Origin: an uncultured bacterium
GTDB taxonomy: Bacteria; Desulfobacterota; Deferrimicrobia; Deferrimicrobiales; Deferrimicrobiaceae
Assembly (NCBI GenBank): GCA_963741515.1
Contig: CAVUIA010000003.1
Coordinates: 1,221-65,220, forward strand
Direction: 5' to 3'
DNA: 64,000 bases
The notes below the pieces were generated by a model. That model ran no database searches. It saw only the letters and a program-made list of their open reading frames with translations, and was not told the DNA's origin. Below are positions 55,744 through 64,000 of the stretch, one piece after another (the first letter of the stretch is position 1; every line of letters starts with the position of its first letter). The translations under genes were made by a program, and so were the position numbers.

Positions 55744-58018
55744 TTACCCCGTTACGGCTCTCGGGCCGCATCTTCCGGCCCCGCGTCATGCAGGGGATGG
55801 CGGCGCTGACACTGGCCTGCCTCCTGATCGCGTCGCCTGTTTTCGCCGCGGAGCCTGCCGGCGCAAAGATGAAGGAGCTGGTGGTCTCGAAGACCCCCTA
55901 CAACACCACGGTCCAGGCGGTGATCGAAGGGGCCATCGGGAACTACAACTCCTTCAAGACGAACGATCCGTTCCGGATCGTGATCGACATCTGGGGAGTG
56001 GCCCAGGGAACGGTCGCCTCCGAGATAAATGTCGATACGCCGCAGGTCAAGGGGGTGAAGGTTTCCTCTCAGGACGGCAAGGTCCGGATGGTGGTGGAAA
56101 CCCCCGGCGACAAGCCGCTGCCGTTCATGGTGAACACCGACAAGAACGGGTTGATCCTGGCCGTGGGCGGAGGCTCCGAGGAGAAGGTCACCAGCACGGA
56201 CCGCCTGCAGGGCGAAAAAGCGGCTCCGTCGGGTGTCGCCGTCGTCGGCATCGACCTCGAGGATCTTCCCGACGCGTCGAACGTGGTCATCACGACCTCG
56301 GGAGAGCCGTCATACCAGGTGTCCAGGGCGGGGAACAGCGTGACGCTGACGTTCCCGGGAGCCTCTGTCGAGAAGTCGCTCCTCCGCCAGATCGACGCCG
56401 GCAAATTCGAAATCCCCGTCAAGGTGATCGTCCCCTCCGCCGGGAAGAAGGCGGCATCCGTCGCCGTGACGTTCGCGCCGGGATCCGTCTACACGGTGGA
56501 CAAGAAGGGGGACGCCGTCGTCGTGTCGTTCGCCAAGGCCCCGGGCGCCGCCGGCAGCGAACTGGTCGCGCGGGCGGTAGCGAAGCCCGCGGGGGCCAGG
56601 GAAGAGGCCGCCGCGAACGGCGGAGCCGCGCAGGGAGCGCAGCAGTGGGGTTTCCTGACGAGCGTCACCGATTCCGAACGCAAGTACAAGGGCCAGCGGA
56701 TCTCGCTGGATTTCAAGGACGCGGAGCTGTCGAACATCTTCAGGACTCATCGCCGACGTGAGCAACCTCAACGTCATCACGACCGACGAGGTCAAGGGCA
56801 GGGTCACCCTCCGGCTGATCAATGTGCCCTGGGACCAGGCGCTCGACATCATCCTTCGCTCGAAGGGACTCGGAGCGGTGCAGGAGGGGAACATTCTGCG
56901 GATCGCCCCCACCGCATCGATCCAGAAGGAAGAGCAGGACCGGCTGAACGCCCAGAAGTCGATCGAGATGTCGAAGGTCGAGGCGATCGCCCGCGAAGAG
57001 GAGTCCCGGACGCTGCGGGAGGCGGTGTTCGACACCATCCCCGTGAGCTACTCCAAGTCGTCCGAACTGCTGGGCAAGATCAAGCCGCAGGTTTCCAAGT
57101 TCGCGAAGCTCGACAGCGACGACCGCACGAACGTGCTGATCATCCGCGACCTTCCGCAGAACATCGAGAAGCTCAAGGAGCTTGTCGCCCGGCTCGACAC
57201 GGCGACCCCGCAGGTGCTGATCGAGGCGAGAATCGTCGAGGTCGACACGACCTTCACCCGGGAGCTGGGCGTCCAGTGGGGCGGCAGTTACAGAGGACAA
57301 TCCGGCGGCACGCAGTACGGCATGTCGGGCACCCAGACGACCACCGGATCCGCATACAACTCGGGGGCGATCAACTCGACGACCACCACCCCGTTCTCCC
57401 CCTCCGCTCCGGCGCCCGAACTACGCGGTCAACCTGCCCGCGGCCATCGGCGCGGGCTCCGGCGGCGGCATCGCCTTCGGCATCTTGAGGGACAACCTCC
57501 GCCTCGACCTGGCGCTGTCGGCCCTCGAGTCCTCGGGGAAGGCGAAGATCGTTTCCTCGCCCAAGGTGGTGACGGTCGACAACAAGGAGGCGACGATCGA
57601 GCAGGGCACCCAGATCCCGTATTCGACGGTGTCCGCCTCCGGGACGAACACCCAGTTCATCGACGCGACCCTGAGCCTCAAGGTGACGCCGCATATCACC
57701 CCCGACGGGCGCGTGTCCATGAAACTCGAAGCGAAGAACGACTCGCAGGGAGAGACGAGCGCCACGGGGCAGCCGGCCATCAACAAGAAAAAAGCCACGA
57801 CGGAAGTCCTGATCGGCGACGGCGAGACGACGGTCATCGGCGGGATCCTCCAGATTTCGCGGACGGAAAACCAGTCCGGGCTGCCGTGGCTTTCGAAGAT
57901 CCCGATCCTCGGGTATCTGTTCAGGAAAGACACGAATACGGCGAGAAACCGCGAACTGCTGATCTTCATCACGCCGAAGATCCTGAAGGCGGAACCGATC
58001 CAGGCGAAGGCTCTCTAG
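55740..58018 (+). CDS. pilQ: type IV pilus secretin PilQ; two apparent frame changes (about 56740-56750 and about 57415-57425)
   Basis: Signal peptide, AMIN-like N-domains, then ...DFKDAELSNIF|(shift)|IADVSNLNVITTDEVKGRVTLRL... (N0/N1), then the secretin core NYAVNLPAAIG...LRDNLRLDLALSALESSGKAKIVSSPKVVTVDNKEA...PILGYLF. The pieces lie in ORF frames 55269..57488, 56758..58116 and 57485..58018. An intrinsic terminator follows. Confidence 0.85.
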
Positions 58019-58045
58019 TCCGGGTCGGGATTCAAGCGGATCAAA

Positions 58046-58078
58046 GGGCACCCGGGCGTCGGATCCGGGTGCCCTTTT
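58046..58078 (+). terminator. rho-independent terminator after pilQ
   Basis: GGGCACCCGG-gcgtcggat-CCGGGTGCCC followed by TTTT. Confidence 0.8.
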
Positions 58079-58103
58079 CCATTCCTGGAGGAGGCGGAAA
58101 GAG

Positions 58104-59297
58104 ATCGCGCGACTGACGTTCCATACCGCCGGCGAGACCCACGGGCCCGCCCTGGTGGCGATCGTGGAGGGGTTGCCGGCCGGCCTCGCGGTCCGCGCGG
58201 AAGACGTGGATCGCGAGCTGGGCCGCAGGCAGGCCGGGCACGGCCGCGGCGGCCGGATGGAGATAGAGAAGGACCGGGTCGAGATTCTCTCCGGCGTGCG
58301 GTTCGGGAAGACCCTCGGCGGTCCCGTCGCGTTGATGCTGCGGAACCTCGACTGGGAGAACTGGCGCGAAAAGATGGCGCAGGACGGCGAGGGCGCGGGC
58401 GTCGAGCCGCTCGACACGGTCCGCCCGGGCCATGCGGACCTGGCCGGAGCCCTGAAGTACGGTCACGGCGATGTCCGAAGCGTGCTGGAGCGGGCCAGCG
58501 CCCGGGAAACCGCGGCCAGGGTGATGGCGGGAGCGTTGGCGAAACGGCTTCTGGGGGAGCTCGGAGTGGCCGTCGTCTGCCACGTGATCTCCATCGGCAA
58601 ATTCCGGGTTCCGGCGGAGGCGGAAGGGAACGCGCAAAAGGCCGCGGGCGCCCAGTCGAGCCCGCTGCGGATGGCGGATCCCGGCACGGAAGCGGCGGCC
58701 ATCCGGTGGATCGACGAACTGAAGGAAGCGGGGACCACCGCCGGGGGCGTCGTGGAGGTGATCGCGACGGGCGTCCCGCCGGGGCTCGGTTCCTGCGTCG
58801 CGTGGGACAGGCGTCTCGACGGCAGGCTCGGCCAGGCGCTGATGAGCATCCCCGCGATAAAGGGCGTAGAGGTGGGAGGCGGATGCGGTCTTGCCGCCCT
58901 GCCCGGAAGAGAGGCGCTCGACGAGGTATTCCCCGGGGCCTCCGGGCGGAACCTTCTCCTGGGGAAACACGCGTTGCCGTTCCACAGGGAAACGAACCGC
59001 GCCGGGGGACTGGAAGGCGGGATGACGAACGGGGAGCCGCTGGTGGCGCGGGCCTCGATGAAACCGATCCCGACGCAGTCGTCGCCCCTGCGCACGGTCA
59101 CCCTGGGGAGTTGGAGGGCCGCCGCGGCCCACACGGAGCGCGGCGACGTTTGCGCCGTTCCCGCGGCCGCCGTGGTGGCCGAGGCGATGGTCGGCATCGT
59201 CCTGGCGGATGCCTTCCTGGAAAAATTCGGGGGGGATGCGTTGCCGGATATCCTTTATAATTACACAAATTACCTCGAGCGCATCTGCGGAAGATGA
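58104..59297 (+). CDS. aroC: chorismate synthase (5' boundary unresolved: no canonical start codon upstream of the conserved N-terminus)
   Basis: In-frame translation gives ...KEIARLTFHTAGETHGPALVAIVEGLPAGL..., the AroC N-terminal signature. The ORF-track GTG at 58155 is internal to it. A GGAGGAGG Shine-Dalgarno sits at 58086-58093. The C-terminus ...HTERGDVCAVPAAAVVAEAM... is typical. Confidence 0.8.
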   Translation: MARLTFHTAGETHGPALVAIVEGLPAGLAVRAEDVDRELGRRQAGHGRGGRMEIEKDRVEILSGVRFGKTLGGPVALMLRNLDWENWREKMAQDGEGAGVEPLDTVRPGHADLAGALKYGHGDVRSVLERASARETAARVMAGALAKRLLGELGVAVVCHVISIGKFRVPAEAEGNAQKAAGAQSSPLRMADPGTEAAAIRWIDELKEAGTTAGGVVEVIATGVPPGLGSCVAWDRRLDGRLGQALMSIPAIKGVEVGGGCGLAALPGREALDEVFPGASGRNLLLGKHALPFHRETNRAGGLEGGMTNGEPLVARASMKPIPTQSSPLRTVTLGSWRAAAAHTERGDVCAVPAAAVVAEAMVGIVLADAFLEKFGGDALPDILYNYTNYLERICGR

Positions 59298-59833
59298 CCG
59301 CGGCCGGCGGCGTTCCGGGGATCGTCCTCGTCGGGTTCATGGGATCGGGAAAGAGCTCGGTCGGCCGGGAGCTGGCGCGCAGGACCGGCGCCGAGTTCGT
59401 CGATGCGGACGCATGGACCGAGAGGAAGACCGGGCGCGAGATCCGGGTTCTTTTCGCGGAAGAGGGGGAGCCGGCTTTCCGCAAGCTGGAAAAGGCCGCG
59501 CTGCGGGAGATCCTCGCCGTGAAGGGGCGGGTGGTGGCCGCCGGGGGCGGGGCGTTCCTCGACGAGGAAAACCGGAAATTGATGAAGGCGTACGGCCCGG
59601 TCGTGTACCTCGAGGCGAACGCCGACACGCTCCTCCGCCGTCTCGCGAAGGACACGAAGCGGCCGTTGCTGCAGGGCGCCGACCGGGAAAGCATCGTAAG
59701 GGGCCTTCTCGGCCGGAGAGAGCCGGAATACCGCCAGGCCGACCTCACCGTTTCCACCGACGGGCTCACGGTGAAAGAAATCGCGAGGCGGATCATCGAG
59801 TTGCTCAAGACAACGGAGGGCGGCGGCACGTGA
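59294..59833 (+). CDS. aroK: shikimate kinase
   Basis: IVLVGFMGSGKSSVGRELA (P-loop). ATGA overlap with aroC. Confidence 0.9.
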   Translation: MTAAGGVPGIVLVGFMGSGKSSVGRELARRTGAEFVDADAWTERKTGREIRVLFAEEGEPAFRKLEKAALREILAVKGRVVAAGGGAFLDEENRKLMKAYGPVVYLEANADTLLRRLAKDTKRPLLQGADRESIVRGLLGRREPEYRQADLTVSTDGLTVKEIARRIIELLKTTEGGGT

Positions 59834-61723
59834 CCCCCGAAACGCTGACGGTCACCCTGGGCGACCGTTCATACGACATCTTCTTCGACCGGAACATCTA
59901 CCCCGCCATAATGGAGTGGATCCGCCGGTTCCACCCGGGGAAATCGATCCACGTGGTGACGGACCGGAACGTCGCTTCCATCTACGGCGACGACATCCGC
60001 CGCTGGCTCGGCGGGAGCCCCCACGATCTGCTGATCCTTCCCGCGGGAGAAGAGTACAAGACCCTCTCCGCCGTCGGAAGGATCTACGAATTCCTGGCCG
60101 AGGGGAACGCCGGCAGGGATTCGGTCGTCGTCGCGTTCGGCGGCGGGGTGATCGGCGACCTCGCCGGCTTCGCCGCCGCCACCTTCCTGCGCGGCGTTTC
60201 CTTCATCCAGGTTCCCACGACGCTTCTCGCCCAGGTGGACAGCAGCGTCGGCGGCAAGACCGGGTTCAACCTGCCGGAGGGAAAGAACCTGGCCGGAGCG
60301 TTCCACCAGCCGCGGGCCGTGTTCATCGACGACAACTTCCTCATCACCCTCGACGACCGGAACCTGCGGGCGGGGCTGGCCGAGGTCGTCAAGAGCGGCC
60401 TTGCGGGGGACGCTGAGCTGTGGGAGCGTCTCCTGGAGCAAGGAAAACGGTGGAAGTCCTTCGGCGGGGACGATTGGAGGTGGCTCGTCCGGCGCGCCGT
60501 CGCGTTCAAGGTCTCCGTGGTGGAGAAGGACGAACGGGAAACCTCCGTCAGGAAGATCCTGAACCTGGGGCACACCATCGGCCACGCGCTGGAGCATGCG
60601 GGCGGGTACGGCCGTCTCCTGCACGGGGAGGCCGTCGCGATGGGGCTGGCCTGGGAGGCGGTGCTGGGGCGGCGGCTCGGCGTCACCGGGGAGGACACGG
60701 TGGACGGGATCGTGTCGCTGCTGCGCGGAATGGGATTCGATCCGGACGTTCCGGGGATCCCTCTCGCATCGATCTCGTCGGCCGTGGGAATGGACAAGAA
60801 GCGCGTCGTGTCGGACGTCGATCTCCCGCTGATCGTCCGGCCGGGCACGTGCGAGATCCGGCGCGTCCCGCTGTCGGAGATCCGCCGCGAGCTTCCGGGG
60901 ATCCGGGCGGAGATCCGGGATCGCGCAGCGGGAAACGAGGGCGCCGCGCGGGAGGCGGGGGCCGGAGAGATGCGGGAAACCGTGCAGTCGCTCGAGCGGC
61001 GCGTCGCGGACAACCCGAGGGACAACCGGGCGATCACGCTCCTGGCCGACGCCTACTGGAAATCCGGGAACGCGGCGGCCGCCTGGGAAGCGATCCAGGA
61101 AGTCCTGGGGCGCGATCCTTCCGATCCCGCGGCGCAGCGGGTCGCGGCGGAGCTCGAGAAATCGCTTCCCGCCGAGCCCGCCGATCCGGAGTCTCCCCAG
61201 GCGAAGCTGCCGCTCGAGAACCTGCGTGCTGCTCGGCGACGACGCCTATCAAATCCGGGTGGCCGACGCGGTCGTCCCGCTCGGGGAGGAGGGCGAGGAG
61301 CTGCGTTCCCCCGACCGGGCCGCGGCGACGCCGGCGGAGGTTCCGGCGGAACTGTCCTCCGCCGCGGAAGAAGAGGCGCCGGCACCGGACGTAGCGGTTT
61401 CCGCAGAGGGCGAAGCGGTCCCGGCCGCGGAGGAAGCGGCCCCGGCCGGAGAGGAATCGGCGCAGGCCGCGCCGGCCGCCGCCGATGAGGTCCCCACGGC
61501 CGCCGTCTGGACGGTGACCCTCGCCGATCTGTACTGGGCCCAGGGGGAGAGGGCGACCGCGCGGAAGATCGTCCGGCGGATCCTGGTGGAAGATCCCGAC
61601 AACGAACGCGCGCGGGCCTGGATGGCGGCGCACGGCAAGGAGGACCCCGTCGAGTCCGCGCTCGGGGCATTCCTCGAATCGACGGCGAAGGAGTATGGGT
61701 ATGACCTTTCGAGATATCATTGA
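59830..61723 (+). CDS. aroB: 3-dehydroquinate synthase with an approximately 270-aa C-terminal TPR-like / acidic low-complexity extension; apparent frame change near 61220-61232
   Basis: GTGA overlap with aroK. The AroB core ...GGGVIGDLAGFAAATFLRGVSFIQVPTTLLAQVDSSVGGKTG...HTIGHALE... ends near residue 360. The reading frame then continues with no stop through ...RAITLLADAYWKSGNAAAAWEAIQEVLGRDPSDPAAQ..., then into frame 61226..61723 (an acidic AEEEAPAPD... tract, then ...ADLYWAQGERATARKIVRRILVEDPDNERARAW...). Confidence 0.65.
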
Positions 61724-62060
61724 AGAGATTTACAGGAAGGACCCCGCGGTGACGTCGGGGGCGATCGTGGGTTCGGACGGGTTGACGGTCGAGGAGTGGC
61801 ACGCCCCCGACGATTCGCAGGACCTGTCCGCCTTGTGCGCCGAGGCCGCGCAGCTCTTCCGCGAGTCCGACCGGATCGCCTCGGAAAACGGGCTGGGCGA
61901 GGGGCAGGAAGTCTTCTTCTCGGGCGACCGGGGACGCGTCTTCGTCCAGCGGGTATCCGACGGCTACCTCCTCGCGGTGGTGACGTCGAGCGGGATCATT
62001 CCGGGGAGATGCCGGTTCCTCCTTCGCCAGGCCGCCCGGCGGGCCCGGGAGATCCTGTGA
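61701..62060 (+). CDS. Roadblock/LC7 domain protein (MglB-like fold)
   Basis: MTFRDIIEEIYRKDPAVTSGAIVGSDGLTVEEWH...GYLLAVVTSSG (Roadblock/LC7 pattern). Confidence 0.7.
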   Translation: MTFRDIIEEIYRKDPAVTSGAIVGSDGLTVEEWHAPDDSQDLSALCAEAAQLFRESDRIASENGLGEGQEVFFSGDRGRVFVQRVSDGYLLAVVTSSGIIPGRCRFLLRQAARRAREIL

Positions 62061-62524
62061 AACCCTCCCCCCGGATCCTCTTCGTCGACGGCCCCAACCT
62101 GAACGTCCTGGGGAAGCGGGAGCCTTCGGTTTACGGCGGGCAGACCCTCGAGGGCATCCGCAAGGCCGTTTCCGCCGCCGCCCGGCGGGAGGGGGCGGAG
62201 GTGACGTTCTTCCAGTCGAACCACGAGGGGGAGATCGTCGACCGGCTCCAGCGGGCGAGGGAAGAGGTCGACGGCATCGTCATCAATCCCGCCGGCTACA
62301 CCCACACCAGCGTTTCCATCCGCGACGCGCTCCTGTATTCCGGTTTGCCCGCCATCGAGCTGCATCTGTCCAACCCTTCGAGCCGGGAGGAATTCCGGAA
62401 GGTGTCGCTCGTGGAAGACATCGTGGTCGGGCGGATCTGCGGCATCGGCGGCTACGGGTACGTCCTGGCCCTCCAGGCGCTCCTGCACGTCCTGCGGGAG
62501 AGGGGGGGCCGTGCCGGCAAGTGA
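62057..62524 (+). CDS. aroQ: type II 3-dehydroquinate dehydratase
   Basis: ILFVDGPNLNVLGKREPSVYGGQTLEGI...NPAGYTHTSVSIRDAL...IELHLSN. GTGA overlap with the upstream gene. Confidence 0.9.
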   Translation: MKPSPRILFVDGPNLNVLGKREPSVYGGQTLEGIRKAVSAAARREGAEVTFFQSNHEGEIVDRLQRAREEVDGIVINPAGYTHTSVSIRDALLYSGLPAIELHLSNPSSREEFRKVSLVEDIVVGRICGIGGYGYVLALQALLHVLRERGGRAGK

Positions 62525-63584
62525 CGAGCGTCTCGGCCGCCTCCACGCGTCCATGCGGCGAAGGCGCCTCGACGCCTACCTTGCCGTGCGGATGTCGAAC
62601 ATCCGGTACCTGACCGGCTTCACGGGGAGCGAGGCCACCCTGCTGGTCACGTCGCGGGGAGATTTCCTCCTCACCGACGGGAGGTATGATATCCAGGCCC
62701 GCGACGAGGTCCGGGGGGCGGAGGTGGTGATAACGAACGGGAAATGGGCGGAGGTCGCCCGCCGGCTCCGGTCGGCCCGTTCGCGCCGCGTCGGCTACGA
62801 AGCCGCGTTCCTGTCGCTGGAATCGTTCCGGAGATTTTCCCGCGGAGGGACGGACCGCTGGGTTTCCGGGAAGGACCTGGTCGAGCCGCTCCGGATGAGG
62901 AAGGAGCCCGGGGAGATCCTGGCGATGGAAGCGGCGGCGGCCGCAGCCGCGGCTTCCCTGCTGTCCCTGCTGTCCGCCGGCGTCGCGGGGAAAACCGAGC
63001 GCGACGTGGCGGCGGACCTGGAACGGGAAATGAAGCGTCGCGGGGCGGAAGGGCCTTCCTTCCCGCCGATCGTCGCGGACGGGGCCCGGTCGGCCATGCC
63101 GCACGCGTCCCCGACGGGGAACCGGATCGGGGCGGAGGGGCCGCTGATCATCGATTTCGGCGCGAGGAAGGGGGGATACTGTTCCGACGAGACCGTGACG
63201 ATCCTGCCGGCGAGTCCGCGCGGGCCGCTGCGGAAGGTGTACGACGCGGTCCGCAGGGCGCAGGAGGCCGGGCTTTCGGCCGTCCGTCCGGGGGTCCCGT
63301 GCCGGCAGGTCGATTCCCGCGTGCGGGAATCGCTGGACCGGTCGGGATATTTGAAGTATTTTGTTCATTCGACCGGGCATGGGGTGGGCCTCGACATCCA
63401 CGAGCGCCCTTCGCTGTCTCCCCGGTCGAAGGACAGCCTCGAAGAGGGTATGGTCGTCACCGTCGAACCCGGGTTGTACCTTCCCGGCATCGGGGGTGTG
63501 CGCCTCGAGGATACGGCGAAAGTGACCGGTGCGGGTTGCGAACGGGTCACGTTCCTTCCCAAGACGGCAAAGCAATTGATCTGA
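62511..63584 (+). CDS. M24 family metallopeptidase (Xaa-Pro aminopeptidase/dipeptidase-like)
   Basis: Creatinase-like N-domain, then ...IIDFGARKGGYCSDETVT...HSTGHGVGLDIHE...VEPGLY...RLEDT. Confidence 0.85.
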   Translation: MPASDERLGRLHASMRRRRLDAYLAVRMSNIRYLTGFTGSEATLLVTSRGDFLLTDGRYDIQARDEVRGAEVVITNGKWAEVARRLRSARSRRVGYEAAFLSLESFRRFSRGGTDRWVSGKDLVEPLRMRKEPGEILAMEAAAAAAAASLLSLLSAGVAGKTERDVAADLEREMKRRGAEGPSFPPIVADGARSAMPHASPTGNRIGAEGPLIIDFGARKGGYCSDETVTILPASPRGPLRKVYDAVRRAQEAGLSAVRPGVPCRQVDSRVRESLDRSGYLKYFVHSTGHGVGLDIHERPSLSPRSKDSLEEGMVVTVEPGLYLPGIGGVRLEDTAKVTGAGCERVTFLPKTAKQLI

Positions 63585-63602
63585 GGGGGCAAGGGAACAG
63601 GG

Positions 63603-64000
63603 ATGTACACCACGTCTGATTTCCGCAACGGGCTGAAGCTCGAGTTCGACGGCGCGCCGTACGTGATCGTCTACTTCCAGCACGTGAAGCCGGGGAAGGG
63701 CGGCGCTTTCGTCCGGACGAAGCTCAAGAACCTGAAGACGGGCGCGGTCCTGGAGCACACGTTCCGGAGCGGCGACAAGGTCGAAAAGCCCGACCTGGAA
63801 GACCGCGACATGCAGTTCATGTACAAGGAAGGGAACCAGTTCCATTTCATGGACACCCGGACCTATGAACAGATCTACCTCGACCAGGACCACGTGGAGG
63901 AAGCGGGAAACTATCTGATCGAAAACCTTCCGGTGAAGATCCTCTTCTACAAGGGGGAGCCCATCGGCATCGACATCCCGACCTTCATCGATCTGCGGAT
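63603..64000 (+). CDS. efp: elongation factor P (3' partial, runs off window)
   Basis: MYTTSDFRNGLKLEFDGAPYVIVYFQHVKPGKGGAFVRTKLKNLKTG... read directly from the sequence. It is absent from the ORF track because no stop lies inside the window. Confidence 0.9.
   Translation, partial: MYTTSDFRNGLKLEFDGAPYVIVYFQHVKPGKGGAFVRTKLKNLKTGAVLEHTFRSGDKVEKPDLEDRDMQFMYKEGNQFHFMDTRTYEQIYLDQDHVEEAGNYLIENLPVKILFYKGEPIGIDIPTFIDLR

Noticed and set aside
1-64000. CRISPR arrays, rRNA or tRNA genes, insertion sequences, integrases, phage genes.
   Set aside because: No spaced direct repeats, no tRNA-like T-arm or acceptor patterns, and no transposase-like or integrase-like translations in any frame. The region looks like stable core chromosome.

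Overview
This is a high-GC (about 68-70%) bacterial chromosomal segment that is almost entirely coding. No rRNA, tRNA, CRISPR array or transposase was found. It most plausibly comes from a Myxococcota-type deltaproteobacterium. Two observations support this. The prepilin N-terminus is [37 protein letters not shown]. The locus order is pilR, sigma54-promoter pilA, an ABC transporter (PilG/H/I-like), pilD, a histidine kinase and sigma54 response regulator, pilMNOPQ, then aroC-aroK-aroB. Gene content from 5' to 3' is as follows.
(1) A GltD/SudA-like FAD/Fe-S oxidoreductase, partial at the 5' end.
(2) Cytochrome c biogenesis genes resB and ccsA, a NapH-like polyferredoxin and a GT-C-like membrane protein.
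(3) A glycan locus of about 13 kb. Three plus-strand glycosyltransferases (GT4, GT4, GT2) are followed by a minus-strand operon: GT2, DUF2304, Wzx flippase, two FkbM methyltransferases, a class I methyltransferase, GT4, GT2, GDP-mannose 4,6-dehydratase (gmd) and a sugar C-methyltransferase.
(4) A TAT-signal DUF362 protein, a SurA-N-like lipoprotein, a TlpA-like redoxin, engB, a SudB/SudA(GltD) pair, an orphan HgdB-like protein and murI.
(5) A catalytically degenerate FtsE-like ATPase with ftsX, envC, ctpA and a YibQ-like deacetylase.
(6) xseA, an active M23 peptidase, xseB, ispA, dxs and tlyA.
(7) A LysM protein, dprA and topA.
(8) The type IV pilus locus.
(9) aroC, aroK, aroB with a long C-terminal extension, a Roadblock/LC7 protein, aroQ, an M24 peptidase and efp (partial).
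A dozen or more conserved genes are interrupted by single-base frame changes, so the assembly looks indel-rich. The most notable items are: the methylated 6-deoxyhexose glycan locus; a low-GC XRE regulator in an AT-rich island at the head of pilMNOPQ; the degenerate FtsE; a GT2/DUF2304 junction separated only by an in-frame TGA; the dprA start codon buried in a 13-bp hairpin; the AroB extension; and a perfect 16-bp palindrome between the GT2 and gmd genes.
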